Below are positions 40,508 through 51,916 of a stretch of DNA of 64,000 nt, piece by piece. Position 1 is the stretch's first letter; each line of letters begins with the position of its first letter. A program made the translations under genes and the position numbers. Origin of the DNA: Vulcanimicrobiota bacterium (lineage in GTDB: Bacteria; Vulcanimicrobiota; Vulcanimicrobiia; Vulcanimicrobiales; Vulcanimicrobiaceae); NCBI GenBank assembly GCA_963714015.1, contig OY970223.1, forward strand, positions 1,568,001 through 1,632,000. The letters are read 5' to 3'. A model generated the notes under the pieces. The model was not told the DNA's origin. It was given only the letters and a program-made list of their open reading frames with translations, and did not search any database.

Positions 40508-43082
40508 ATGTTTACCACATACGTTAGCCGGCTCGTTTTGATAGCCGGGTTTTCGCTTTACACCGCTGCGGCCGCGCAAGCCGCATCGCCGCCTGCCGCG
40601 GCGCCGGAGCCCGCTCAATCCTCGCCGCCTGCATACGCGACGTGGGTCAAAGGCGCTGTAGTCATGCCCGGCCTGATCCCCATTGTGAAGAAAGACGCCA
40701 AAGTGTATTTGGCGCTCTCGAAGGATCAGCTGGGACGGGATTTCATCGAGACGTCGGTCCCTTCGACCGGTTTGGGCGGTTACGGTCCGGCACCGGGTGA
40801 ACCATACGTAGCGCCGGCGCGCATCCTGCATTTCGATCGCGTTGACGACCAAATTGTGCTCCGTTGGCCCAACACCTATGCGCGCGTGATGCCGAACAGC
40901 GCGCAGGCAACCAGCGTTTCGGAGTCGATGCCCGCGTCCGTCATTGCCGTCGTGCCGATCGTCGCCGAAGACGACAAAACCATAGTGATTCCGACGGCAC
41001 CGTTTCTTGGGGACGTCGGAAACTATAGCGCCGAGTTCGACAACGTCATCACCAACCCGATGCACGGCTACCGGCTCGACGCCGATCGCACGTTTCTCTC
41101 GCAGGTGAAGGCGTTTCCGGAGAATGACGTCCTGCGAGTCGCGCAGACTTGGACCTCCGAAAAGCCGAATCTGATCGACAGCGCTCCCGACGGACGCAGC
41201 CTCGAAGTCGACATTACCTACAACCTGATAGCGGCACCGAACGACGGCTACATGCCGCGCATTGCCGATCCGCGCGTCGGATATTTCGAGCAAGGTTTGC
41301 TCGATTACACGACGGACAGCATCGAAACGCGCAGCATTCAGTATGTCACGCGATGGAACTTTGCACCGCAAGATCCGTCACGCCCCTCGAACGCGACGCA
41401 CCCGATCGTCTACTTTTTGAGCAATACGATTCCGCAGCAATACCGTGACACTGTGCGGCGAGCGTTGCTCACGTGGAACGACGCTTACCGCAAGATCGGA
41501 ATTCTGAACGCCGTCCAAGTGCAAGATCAGCCCAGCGATCCCAATTGGGATCCCGAGGACATCCGCCACAACATGGTCCGGTGGGTATCGAACGTTCAGC
41601 CGCTCTATGGCGCGGAGGCGCTCATCGTCGACGACCCGCGCACGGGCGAGGAGCTCAATGCCGGGGTGAACGTCGACGCGACGGGCGGCGCTGCGTCGGG
41701 CTTCGTTTACCGGTTCTTCATCGCGCCCGCGCGCGGATTGCCGGACACGGCAGTTGCCGAAGAGGGTTTCAACCAAGAACTGGAGCGCGCGATCGTCCTG
41801 CACGAATCTGGTCACGACATGGGATTGCAGCACAACTTCATCGGCTCGCTGGCGTATACGGCAAAGCAGCTGCAAAGCAAATCGTTTACCGATCAATACG
41901 GCATCGCCAGTTCCGTGATGGAGTACTCGCCGCTTGCGAACCTCTGGCCGAAGGGAACGCCGAACGGCGACTACGAGCAGACGGTTCTGGGACCGTACGA
42001 CTACTACGCAATCCGTTACGGCTACGCGTATATTCCCGGTGCCAAAACCCCCGAGCAAGAGCTTTCCACGCTGCGCAAATGGGCCTCGGATTGGTCTAAT
42101 CCGATGCATCGCTTTGCATCGGACGAAGACGCGGGCGGGTTCTTTATGGGGCACTCTACGGATCCGCGCGTAGAGATGTTCGATCTCAGCAACGACCCGA
42201 TGGCATGGTGCGGCACGCAGCTCGAAGATGTGGCACGGCGTGATGGACTCGGTCAATGCGCGCTTCCCGTGGCGCGGCCGGTCTTACGACGAGGCGCGGC
42301 GCGCCTTCATGGGGCCGCTCTCGCAGTACTCGGTCTGCGCCGTTCGTCCGGCCGACACGATCGGCGGCGAGTATCTCTCGCGCAACGCGGCGGGCGATCC
42401 GAATTCCGAGGCGCCGATGTCGCCGGTTTCCTACAATGACGACCGCAAGGCGTGGCAACTCCTGAACGATTGGCTGTTCTCGGACAGCGCATGGCATTTC
42501 AATCCGGCCGTGCTCACGCGGCTTACCTATTCGGAGATGAGCTCGCTCACGAGCGGACAGTCCTGGTTCTACAATCCGCCCGATCGTCACGACGTTCCGG
42601 TCGTCGAGATCGCGGGTGAAGTGCAAGACCGAGCGCTGCACGAGCTGTTCGCACCGCTGACGCTTCAGCGGATCGACGATCTGCAGACGAAATACCCCGG
42701 AAAAGCTACGATGGACATTACCGATCTGTTCCACTGGGCACAATCCGGGATCTTCGGCGATTTGGCAAACGGCAAGGAAGCTCGCGACGGCGTCGTTCGG
42801 CGTAACTTGCAGATGCGCTTTACCAAACAGCTGGGGTTGATGTGGACTTCGCCGGCGCCCGGAACGCCGAGCGACGCTCAGGCCTTGGCACGTCTAACGC
42901 TGGGGCGCATCGTCAGTGCGTCCAATGCCGAGCTGCGTTCGGGCAAACTCGACGACCTTACGCGGGCGCACGTCGAAGCGCTGGCAGCGGTCGCAAAACA
43001 AGCCATGGAAGCGCACGCGACGATTGCCGCGCCGCTTGCGCCGCAAGGCGCAGCATTGCCGCCGCTGCGTTACCCCTACTAA
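40508..43082 (+). CDS. Secreted Zn-dependent metalloprotease, EcxA/DUF5117-DUF4953-like (frameshift near 42225)
   Basis: Signal peptide; MPRIADPRVGYF, DPRTGE, HESGHDMGLQHN, SSVMEY Met-turn. Confidence 0.9.
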
Positions 43083-43705
43083 CTCGACGGGCCGGTGGGC
43101 CGGCCGCGGCGGAGAAACGAAATTCCGCTTTCGCGGCCGGCTCGCAGCCGAGCGACGTTCTCGCGGTGCGTATAGAAAATCAGTGCGGCCGCAAAGATCC
43201 CGTAGCCGGTAGTCCAAGCGTCGCGCGTGAAATACCAGAGCGCTGCGGCCGCAACGATGCTGCCGGACATCGAACCGACGGAAGAATACGTCGTGGTGAG
43301 GGCGCCTAAGATCCAGCCGCACACGGCGATGATGCCCGCGGGCCACGAGAGCGCGAAGATCGCTCCGAACGACGTCGCTACGCCCTTTCCACCTTTGAAA
43401 CTGAGCCAGGGAGAGAAGCAGTGGCCGAGCACCGCGCATGCCGCTGCAATCGCCGCAACGTGTGCGTCGTGCAGGAACGCAAAGACGAGTGCCGGCGGTA
43501 TAATGCCTTTTGCCGCGTCCAGCAGCAGCACGGCCGCGGCCCCGCGCTTTCCGAGCGCGCGCAGCGCATTCATCGCACCGATGTTCCCGCTTCCGGACTG
43601 CCGAATGTCTCGGCTATAGAAAGCGCGGCTAACCACGACGCCCCACGGAATCGATCCGAGCAGAAACGCCCCGATCGCCACTCCTGCGGCGGTTGCGGCG
43701 TTCAT
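43079..43705 (-). CDS. plsY: Glycerol-3-phosphate acyltransferase
   Basis: GSIP, GSGNIGA.N, GHCFS...GGKGVAT, HRENV.R. Confidence 0.96.
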   Translation of the reverse strand: MNAATAAGVAIGAFLLGSIPWGVVVSRAFYSRDIRQSGSGNIGAMNALRALGKRGAAAVLLLDAAKGIIPPALVFAFLHDAHVAAIAAACAVLGHCFSPWLSFKGGKGVATSFGAIFALSWPAGIIAVCGWILGALTTTYSSVGSMSGSIVAAAALWYFTRDAWTTGYGIFAAALIFYTHRENVARLRAGRESGISFLRRGRPTGPSS

Positions 43706-45051
43706 CAGTCTTCCAGCTCCGCGCGCGAGCGTTCGCGAAATTCCAGTTTGAGCGGAACGCCTTCGAAATCGAAGTGCTGCCTGATGATGTTCTCCAAGAA
43801 GCGAACGTATGAGGTCTGAACGAGCTGCGGATCGTTGCAATGAAAGACGAACAGCGGAGGATGCGCCGCGGGCTGCGAGCAGTAGAAAATCTTGAACGGT
43901 TTGCCGCCCGGCGCGGGTGCCGGATGCGCGATCGTCGCATCCCGGATCACCGAGTTGAGCTTCGCCGTGGGTACGTGCCGATCGAGATTGCTTGCCACGT
44001 GCATGACCAGCGGCATCAGACTCCCTAACCGGCGCCGTGTTTTGGCCGACAAAAACGTCACGGGAGCGAAACGCGCGAACGGCACTTGACTGTAGATGAC
44101 GTTGATGAGTTCGCCCTGACTATACTCGCCTTGCTCGCGCGCGAGGTCCCATTTGTTTCCGGCGATCACCAGGCCTTTGCGCTCTTCGAGGATCATTCCG
44201 GCCAGGCGCCGTTCTTGGGCGAGCATTCCTTGCATAGCGTCGAACAGCAAAATCGCGATATCGCAGCGCGCAATCGCCGAAAGCGACCGCAGCGCCGAAT
44301 AGTATTCGATCGCACCGTGATGTCCCGGTTTCTTGCGCACGCCTGCCGTGTCGATGAGCCGGATTCGATGTTCGTGAAACTGGAAGATGGTGTCGATTGC
44401 ATCGCGCGTCGTTCCCGGCACGTCGGAGACGACGGCGCGTTCTTCGCCGAGCAGGCTGTTGAGAAGCGAGCTCTTGCCGACGTTCGGACGGCCGACGATG
44501 GCCAGCGCGAGTTCGCCCTCGTGATCGATAGCGGCGCTGTCCGGGGGAAGATGCTCGGCGACGCGATCCAGGAGATCGCCCGTGCCCTCTCCGTGGATCG
44601 CCGAAACGGCAACCGGTTCCCCAAAACCCAGACCGGCGAACTCCCCGTGGACCGCTGCGGCGGCACTCGGGGACTCGGCCTTATTCGCAACGAGCACGAC
44701 CGGATGACGGGTCCTGCGCAGAATTGCGGCCACGTCGTCGTCCAGCGGGTTGCGTCCGGCCGAGGCATCGACGATAAACAGAATCGCATCCGCTTCGTGC
44801 GCCGCGGCTTCGGCTTGGCGCCGGGTCGAGAGCGCAATATGATCCCCGTCCTTGTCCTGATCGGGATCGATGCCGGCAGTATCGACCAGGCTGAAGGTCC
44901 GTCCCCGCCATTCGCACAGTCCGTACAAACGGTCGCGTGTGACGCCTGGAGTATCTTCGACGATTGCCAAGCGCCGGCCGATGAGGCGGTTGAAGAGCGC
45001 GCTCTTTCCGACGTTGGGCCGTCCGACGATGGCTACGGTGGCGGGTTGCAC
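43705..45051 (-). CDS. der: Ribosome biogenesis GTPase Der
   Basis: Two GRPNVGKS P-loops, PGVTRD/PGTTRD, C-terminal KH-like domain. Confidence 0.97.
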   Translation of the reverse strand: MQPATVAIVGRPNVGKSALFNRLIGRRLAIVEDTPGVTRDRLYGLCEWRGRTFSLVDTAGIDPDQDKDGDHIALSTRRQAEAAAHEADAILFIVDASAGRNPLDDDVAAILRRTRHPVVLVANKAESPSAAAAVHGEFAGLGFGEPVAVSAIHGEGTGDLLDRVAEHLPPDSAAIDHEGELALAIVGRPNVGKSSLLNSLLGEERAVVSDVPGTTRDAIDTIFQFHEHRIRLIDTAGVRKKPGHHGAIEYYSALRSLSAIARCDIAILLFDAMQGMLAQERRLAGMILEERKGLVIAGNKWDLAREQGEYSQGELINVIYSQVPFARFAPVTFLSAKTRRRLGSLMPLVMHVASNLDRHVPTAKLNSVIRDATIAHPAPAPGGKPFKIFYCSQPAAHPPLFVFHCNDPQLVQTSYVRFLENIIRQHFDFEGVPLKLEFRERSRAELED

Positions 45052-45091
45052 GGGAACGGAGATTCCTGGCCTTACGAGGTAATCCCGCGGC

Positions 45092-45799
45092 ATGCTGCGC
45101 GCGCTGGTGCTGGCGGCCCTCATCTTGCCTTTCGGCGGACTCTACATAACGTCGCTTCCATCGGGCGCCGACGTCTGGGTCGACGGCAGCTATATTGGAA
45201 GAACGCCGCTGCTTATCGACGGTCTGCGCGCTGGCAAACATTCGGTGACGATCACCAAAGCCGGCTGGAAAGTGGAAGAAGTCGATCAAGACGTCACTGC
45301 CGGCGTCGTTACCCCCGCGACCGTGCAACTCGAAGCACTTACCGCAGCCGGCGAAGACGGAACGCTTTCGCTGCTGGGATTGAGCGAGGATGCAACGGTA
45401 TCGCTCGACGGCGGCGCTCCCCAGCCGTTCGAGAAGTCGTATGCAGTGCAGCGCGGCATGCACCACTTGGTCGTGGTGGACGACCATCTGAAATTCGAAC
45501 GGGACGTTACCATTTATCCGAACCAAACGACATACGTGCTTTTCCGTCCCCCGACGGAAGAGCGCTCCGGCGTGGTGGCGCCGCTGGGCGAGTACATGCC
45601 TGCTTCGGCCGCCAAAATCAGCGGCCGGCGCCTGACTGTGCGGTGGAACGGTCACGTTGCGGTGGGTCACATCGGTGACGCGCGGTTTCTTGTAGACGGA
45701 CGCGATGTCGTGTATGATGCGCCGGCAGGGCTCGTACGCGGCAGGCTCTATCTGCCGCTCGATCTCATTTTGACCATCACGGGCGGAAAAAGCAAATAA
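45092..45799 (+). CDS. Secreted PEGA-domain protein
   Basis: SLPSGADVWVDG.YIG.TP (PEGA); C-terminal GRLYLPL (copper amine oxidase N-like). Confidence 0.8.
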   Translation: MLRALVLAALILPFGGLYITSLPSGADVWVDGSYIGRTPLLIDGLRAGKHSVTITKAGWKVEEVDQDVTAGVVTPATVQLEALTAAGEDGTLSLLGLSEDATVSLDGGAPQPFEKSYAVQRGMHHLVVVDDHLKFERDVTIYPNQTTYVLFRPPTEERSGVVAPLGEYMPASAAKISGRRLTVRWNGHVAVGHIGDARFLVDGRDVVYDAPAGLVRGRLYLPLDLILTITGGKSK

Positions 45800-45802
45800 C
45801 GA

Positions 45803-47206
45803 ATGGCGACGATCTACATTGAGACCTTCGGCTGTCAGATGAACGAGGCCGATTCGCAATACATTGCCGAGCGCGCCGAAGCCGCCGGGTACGCCATTGC
45901 CGAACGCCCCGAAGAAGCCAACATCCTGATATTGAACACGTGCACGGTGCGCGATAACGCCGAGCGCCGCGCTTACGGCCGCATCGGGCATTTCAAACAA
46001 CTCAAGGACGCCGATCCGGCGCTGAAGCTGGTGGTGATGGGATGCCTGGCGGAACAGGACCGCGATCGCATGCAAAAGGTCGTTCCGCACGTCGACGCGG
46101 TGTTCGGCACATCGGAGCTCGCGCAGATGGGCGACGCCATCGCGCAGTGGCGCCCCCAATTCGAGGACGCCGATCTTTCGGAGGAGCGCGCGCTCCTGAT
46201 GCCGTTCGGCGGCGCCGCGGATTGTGTGACCGGCGCTTTTTCGCACCTGCGCGGCTTTGTCACCGTGCAGCGCGGATGTTCGTACTATTGCACGTTTTGC
46301 ATCGTGCCGCACGTGCGCGGACGCTTCGATCATCGGCCCGCGGGCGAGATATTGAAAGAAGTGCAGTCGCTTGTGGCGAGCGGTGCGCGCGAAGTGATGT
46401 TGGTCGGCCAGACGGTGAATGCATATAAGGATCCCGCCGAGGGCAGCGACTTCGGCGGCCTGTGCAAGCGCGTCGCAGCGATCGATGGTTTGGAACGGCT
46501 GACGTTTATCTCGCCGCATCCCAAAGACTTCAGCGAGAAAATCCTGCGCGACCTCTCGCAGATTCCGCAGCTCAATCCGCGAGTGCATTTACCGCTGCAG
46601 TCCGGGAGCGATCCGGTTCTGCGCCGGATGAACCGCAAATACACGATGGAACAGTTTCGGCAGAAGGTGGCCTTGATTCACCGCTATCTTCCGGGGTGGG
46701 CAATCACGACGGATTTGATCGTCGGTTTTCCGGGTGAAACGGAAGAAGACTTTGCCGCAACACTCGATTACGTGCGCAGCGGCGTCTTCGCCAACGCTTT
46801 CATGTTCGTCTACTCACCGCGGCGCGGAACGCCCGCTGCGCGCTGGGAGCAAGTGGTGCCGGAGATAGCGAGCGAGCGGTTCAAGCGTTTGGCTGACGCG
46901 CAGAATGCAATCTCGCGTGCGTACCACGACCGCAAGATCGGCACGATCGTTCGCGCGCTGATTCAAGGTCCTTCGAAAAAAGACGCAACACGAATCGCCG
47001 CCAAGACGCCGGACAACGTCACGATCATCGCGCCGATGCCGCCGGACTACGACGACAAACTGTACTCGGCAGAGCCGTGGATCGACGTCGAGATAGCCGA
47101 GGCGTTCGTTTGGGGCTGCAGCGGCACGATCGTTCGCCGCTCCGCGCGTTTCCTCGATCCGGGCATTCGCGTACCTCGCCCTTCGATCGATCTCATCGCG
47201 CTTTAG
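45803..47206 (+). CDS. miaB: tRNA-i6A37 methylthiotransferase
   Basis: TFGCQMNEADS, NTCTVR, GCSYYCTFC, HLPLQSGS, IVGFPGET, YSPRRGT. Confidence 0.95.
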   Translation: MATIYIETFGCQMNEADSQYIAERAEAAGYAIAERPEEANILILNTCTVRDNAERRAYGRIGHFKQLKDADPALKLVVMGCLAEQDRDRMQKVVPHVDAVFGTSELAQMGDAIAQWRPQFEDADLSEERALLMPFGGAADCVTGAFSHLRGFVTVQRGCSYYCTFCIVPHVRGRFDHRPAGEILKEVQSLVASGAREVMLVGQTVNAYKDPAEGSDFGGLCKRVAAIDGLERLTFISPHPKDFSEKILRDLSQIPQLNPRVHLPLQSGSDPVLRRMNRKYTMEQFRQKVALIHRYLPGWAITTDLIVGFPGETEEDFAATLDYVRSGVFANAFMFVYSPRRGTPAARWEQVVPEIASERFKRLADAQNAISRAYHDRKIGTIVRALIQGPSKKDATRIAAKTPDNVTIIAPMPPDYDDKLYSAEPWIDVEIAEAFVWGCSGTIVRRSARFLDPGIRVPRPSIDLIAL

Positions 47207-47254
47207 ACGACTCTTCAGATCCCCGCCGCGCCCGTATTGGCGGCAAAACACAAG

Positions 47255-47263
47255 TTATCCACA
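47255..47263 (+). promoter_or_regulatory. Consensus DnaA box upstream of mutS
   Basis: TTATCCACA in the miaB-mutS gap. Confidence 0.45.
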
Positions 47264-47289
47264 GGCGGTACGGCGAACCCCAAAGCGCA

Positions 47290-49780
47290 GTGGCGGTTCA
47301 GTCATATTCCCCGATGCTGGAGCAATACTTCGGCATGAAAGCGCGTCATCCCGAAGCGGTTCTGCTTTCCCGCGTGGGTGATTTTTACGAAGCGTACGGG
47401 GAAGATGCCGAGACGATCGCGCGCGCGCTTTCGATTGCGTTGACGTCCAAAGAAGCCGGCGGCGGACGGCGCGTCGCAATGGCGGGCGTACCGCACCATG
47501 CGCTCTCGCAGTACCTGGCGCGTTTGGTTCAGCAGCGATTTATCGTCGCGCTTGCCGAGCAGCTCGAAGTGCCGCAGCCGAACAAACTGGTGCGCCGCGA
47601 CATCGTGCGGATCCTCACGCCGGGAACGCTGATCGAGGATCAGCTGCTCGACGGCAAAACGAACAACTTTCTGGCGGCAGTCACGGCGATCGACGAAACG
47701 TTTGCGTTCGCCTATGCGGACGTATCTACCGGACTTTGCGCGGCCACGGCGCTCACCGGAGAGTCCGCGTACGAAGAGTCTGCTTGCCGAACTGTTTCGA
47801 ATCGGTCCGGCGGAAGTCGTTGCCGACGCTCCGTCGGCGATTCGCGCGGCACTTACCGAGGCGCTGGAGAACGTTACTGCGCGCGTCACGGCGCCTGCGC
47901 TGGCGATAGTCGACGCTCGCAGTCGCGGACCGCTGCCGGGATTCTCGCTCGACGAAGCGCTGGCGATTCATCGCGCGCTGGACGCGCTTGTCGGCTTCGT
48001 CAAGCGCACCGGCGTTGGGTCGTCGCGTGACGAGACGCCGATGCTCAGTGAGCCGCAGTTCTATCGTCATCGCACGTTCTTGGTGATGGACCCGAACACG
48101 CGCAAGAACTTGGAGCTGACCAAAGCGCTGGGAGCGAACCCTAAGGCCACGCTTTTTGCGACACTGGACAAGTGCGCGACGTCGATGGGCTCGCGGCTGC
48201 TCGGCCGCTGGATTCTGGCGCCGCTGGTCGATCGGGACGGCATCGTTCAGCGTCAAGATGGAGTCCGTGCGTTAATGGACGAGCACGTGCGCCGGGAGTC
48301 GGTTCAGGAGCTGCTTCGCGGATGTTTCGATCTGGAACGCATAACGCAGAAGGTCCGCTTCAATCGCGCGCTCCCCAGAGATATTGCCTCGCTGGGGCGT
48401 ACACTCCAAATTTTGCCGCCGCTCCGGCAAGTTGCACCCAAGTGTTTGAATGAGCTCGTCGAACGGATCGGCGATTTTGAGAACCTTCTGACGGATTTGC
48501 AGCAGACGCTCACCGACGAACCACCGGCACAGCTCGCCGACGGCGGGGTGATCCGTCCGCAGGCGAATGCGGAGCTCGCGGAGTGCGTAACGCTTCGCAC
48601 CGACGCCCGCGGCAAGCTCTCGCAGCTCGAGGAGCGCGAACGAGAACGCACCGGGATCAAATCGCTGAAGATCAAGTACGCCAGCGCGTTCGGGTACGCG
48701 ATCGAAGTTCCGAAGACTGCGGCATCCCAAGTTCCCGATGATTACGTGCGCAAACAAACTTTGACGAGCGGCGAGCGTTTCGTCACGCCCGAACTGAAAG
48801 AGCTTGAAATAGCAATCTCGACGGCGCAGTCGCGGCAGCAGCGCCTGGAAGCGCAGCTCTTCGGCGAATTGGTCGATCGGATCGCCGTGCGCATCGATGA
48901 GTTGCTCGCTGCCGCCCGGTCGCTGGCCGAACTCGACGTGCTCTGCTCGCTCGCGCAGTGCGCGGCGGAACGCGGGTACGTGCGTCCGGAATTTCGCGAT
49001 GAAAGCGAACTGGAGATTATCGACGGGCGCCATCCCGTAATGGAGACGATTCTTCGCGCGTCCTTCGTTCCGAACGACTTGCAACTGCGCACGGACAATC
49101 AGCGCTTCATTTTGCTGACGGGACCCAACATGGGCGGTAAGTCGACGTTTTTGCGGCAGAGTGCCCTACTGACGATCATGGCTCAGATCGGGTCGTTCGT
49201 TCCGGCGAGGTCCGCATGTTTGGGCATCGTCGATCGCATCTTTACGCGCATCGGCGCAGGCGACGACTTGGCCTCGGGCCAGTCGACGTTTTATCTGGAG
49301 ATGGCCGAAGCGGCGAACATTCTGCGCCGCAGCACGCGCCGCAGTCTGCTGCTGATCGACGAAGTCGGACGCGGCACCGGAACCATCGACGGTCTAGCGA
49401 TCGCGCAGGCGATCTGCGAATTTCTCTTAGGGCTTGACGATCATGCGCCCATGGTACTCTTTGCGACCCACTTTCACGAACTCGTCGCGCTCGCCGATCA
49501 CTGGAAGCTCGTAGCGAATTATCACATTACGGCGGTCGAGAACACCGGCGCCGACGGCGGCCCCGTCTTCTCGCACCGCGTGCTGCCGGGAAGTTCTTCG
49601 CGTTCGTTCGGCATCGAGGTCGCGCGCATGGCGGGATTGCCGGACGCCGTAATCGAGCGTGCTCAAGAGATTGCCGATGCGCTCGGCGGCAAGGCAGATG
49701 TGGAAGAGCAGGTTCCCCTCAAGCGACGGTTGCCGAAGGTGGCGCTCTCCGAGCAGCTCTCGTTGTTGAGCGCGGAGTGA
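47290..49780 (+). CDS. mutS: DNA mismatch repair protein MutS (frameshift near 47778)
   Basis: PMLEQY, GDFYE, TGPNMGGKST, DEVGRGT, THFHE; C-terminal clamp motif QLSLL. Confidence 0.96.
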
Positions 49781-51450
49781 TCAACGTCCTCGATCCCGTC
49801 ACGATCGGTCAGATCGCGGCGGGCGAGGTGGTCGAACGGCCGGTGTCGGTCGTTAAAGAGCTGGTCGAAAACGCGGTCGATTCCGGCGCAACGCGTATCG
49901 AAGTTTCGCTGGAAGAAGGGGGAATCGAACTCGTCCAAGTCGTCGACAACGGTTCCGGAATTCTTCCTGAAGATCTTTCACTTGCGGTGCGCCGTCATGC
50001 GACGAGCAAACTCGCGCTGGCCTCGGATCTGGAATCCGTCGAAACCTTGGGATTTCGCGGCGAAGGACTTGCAAGCATTGCTTCGGTCGCCCAGCTCGAG
50101 CTTGTTTCCCGAGTTTCAGGTGCGCAGATTGGGCAGCGGATTGTCGCGCACGCCGAATCTGCGGGGCCGCCGGAACCGGCTGCAGCACCGGAAGGCACAA
50201 TCGTTCGAGCGCGGCGGCTCTTTGCAAACGTTCCCGTTCGACGAGAGTATCTGCGTACGCCGGCGGCCGAGTTTTCACGCGTTTCCGCTTGGCTATCGAC
50301 GTTTGCGCTAGCGTATCCGGGGATTGCCTTTTCGCTGCATCATGACGGAAAGGAGGTTTGGGTCATGCCCGCCGCGGGTGGCGTCGAAGCGCGCCTTGCG
50401 ATGGTCTTTGGGAAGAGCGCGGCTTCGACGCTGATTCCACTCGACTCGACGTCCGGCAGCGATCTAAAAGGGCGCATTTCCGGCTTTATCAGTACGCCGG
50501 GAACCGATCGCGCGGATCGCCGGATGCAGCTGCTCTTCGTGAACGGACGTTTGCTGCGCAGCACGCTGCTCGCCGGAGCCTGGACCGCCGCGTACTCGAC
50601 GTTCGCAATGATCGGCCGCCAGCCGTTCGGAGCGCTGTTTTTGAACCTTCCGGCCGATCACGTCGATGCCAACGTTCACCCGACTAAGAGCGACGTGCGG
50701 CTGCGCTTTGGCCACCAAGTCTTCGAGTCGGTTCGGCGCGTCATGGCTTCGACGCTGCATGCGCATGCCGGCGGCAGATTTCGCGATGCAGTTCACGTTT
50801 CGGCTGCGCCGCAGGCGATGGATTCGGCACTTCCTGCGCTGCAGACGCTCTTCGAATCGGAGAGCGCGATGGAGCCGAGCGGCAACGGCACTCGCGCTGT
50901 CCGCGTTCTCGCTCAGCTCGACAACACGTTCATTCTGGCAACCGACGGGCGGGCGCTGGTGCTGGTCGATCAACATGCCGCCCACGAGCGCATCGCGTAC
51001 GAACGCATCGTCGCAGCCGCGCAAAAGCACAGCCCAAACGAGCCGATGCTGATGCCGGCGACTTTCGAATTGAGCCCTGCGGAAAGCGCCGCTTTGGATG
51101 AAGCGCTGCCGCTTTTGTGCGAAGGCGGTCTGGAGATCGAGCATTTCGGCGAACGCACTTACCGCATCGCCGCAACCCCGGCGGGATATCGCGCCCGCGC
51201 GTTTGACGTCGCGGGTTTTTTGGACGACCTCACGGAAGATCCTAAGCAGCGTAACGTGCGAGAGCGCTTGTGGGCATCGTTGGCGTGTCATTCCGTTACG
51301 CGCGCCGGAGAGCGGCTGGACATGGAGGAGATGACGACGCTCGTCGAACGGCTGTACCATTGCGAGAATCCGATGCACTGCCCGCATGGCAGGCCGACGG
51401 TTGTGCGCATGGACAGCGAAGCGATTCAACGGCTCTTCAAACGCTTGTGA
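49777..51450 (+). CDS. mutL: DNA mismatch repair endonuclease MutL
   Basis: IAAGEVVERP, GFRGEGLASI, DQHAAHERI, ACH, CPHGRP. Confidence 0.97.
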   Translation: MINVLDPVTIGQIAAGEVVERPVSVVKELVENAVDSGATRIEVSLEEGGIELVQVVDNGSGILPEDLSLAVRRHATSKLALASDLESVETLGFRGEGLASIASVAQLELVSRVSGAQIGQRIVAHAESAGPPEPAAAPEGTIVRARRLFANVPVRREYLRTPAAEFSRVSAWLSTFALAYPGIAFSLHHDGKEVWVMPAAGGVEARLAMVFGKSAASTLIPLDSTSGSDLKGRISGFISTPGTDRADRRMQLLFVNGRLLRSTLLAGAWTAAYSTFAMIGRQPFGALFLNLPADHVDANVHPTKSDVRLRFGHQVFESVRRVMASTLHAHAGGRFRDAVHVSAAPQAMDSALPALQTLFESESAMEPSGNGTRAVRVLAQLDNTFILATDGRALVLVDQHAAHERIAYERIVAAAQKHSPNEPMLMPATFELSPAESAALDEALPLLCEGGLEIEHFGERTYRIAATPAGYRARAFDVAGFLDDLTEDPKQRNVRERLWASLACHSVTRAGERLDMEEMTTLVERLYHCENPMHCPHGRPTVVRMDSEAIQRLFKRL

Positions 51451-51457
51451 GGTGAAG

Positions 51458-51916
51458 ATGAGCGAACACCGGTACGGCGTTACGACGGTTTGGACGGGAA
51501 ATCGCGGCACCGGAACGCCGCACTACCGCGCGTACGGCCGAGAGCACGAGATCTCAGGCGACGGAAAGTCGCTCGCCATTCCGGGGTCCGCGACTCCGCA
51601 GTTTCGGGGCGATCGCTCGCGGTACAATCCCGAAGAGCTGCTCGTAGGAGCGCTCTCGGCTTGTCACATGCTTTGGTTTCTGCACCTCTGTGCGGACGCC
51701 GGTGTCGTCGTCACCGGATATCGTGACGACGCGGAAGGCAAGATGCGCCTGGACCCGGACGGATCCGGCGAGTTTAACGAAGTCGTCCTGCGACCGTCCG
51801 TCGTGCTGCACGACGAATCCAAACGCAAAACGCTCGGCGCACTGCACGAGAGAGCGCACGAGCTGTGCTTCATCGCGCGTTCCGTCAAATTTCCGGTGCG
51901 GTGCGAACCGTCTTAA
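51458..51916 (+). CDS. OsmC/Ohr family protein
   Basis: NPEELL..LSACH, AHELCFIARSV. Confidence 0.9.
   Translation: MSEHRYGVTTVWTGNRGTGTPHYRAYGREHEISGDGKSLAIPGSATPQFRGDRSRYNPEELLVGALSACHMLWFLHLCADAGVVVTGYRDDAEGKMRLDPDGSGEFNEVVLRPSVVLHDESKRKTLGALHERAHELCFIARSVKFPVRCEPS

Noticed and set aside
47770..47785. Programmed frameshifting or phase variation of mutS and other split genes
   Set aside because: No slippery heptamer or long simple repeat at the breaks I examined; the pattern matches scattered sequencing indels.
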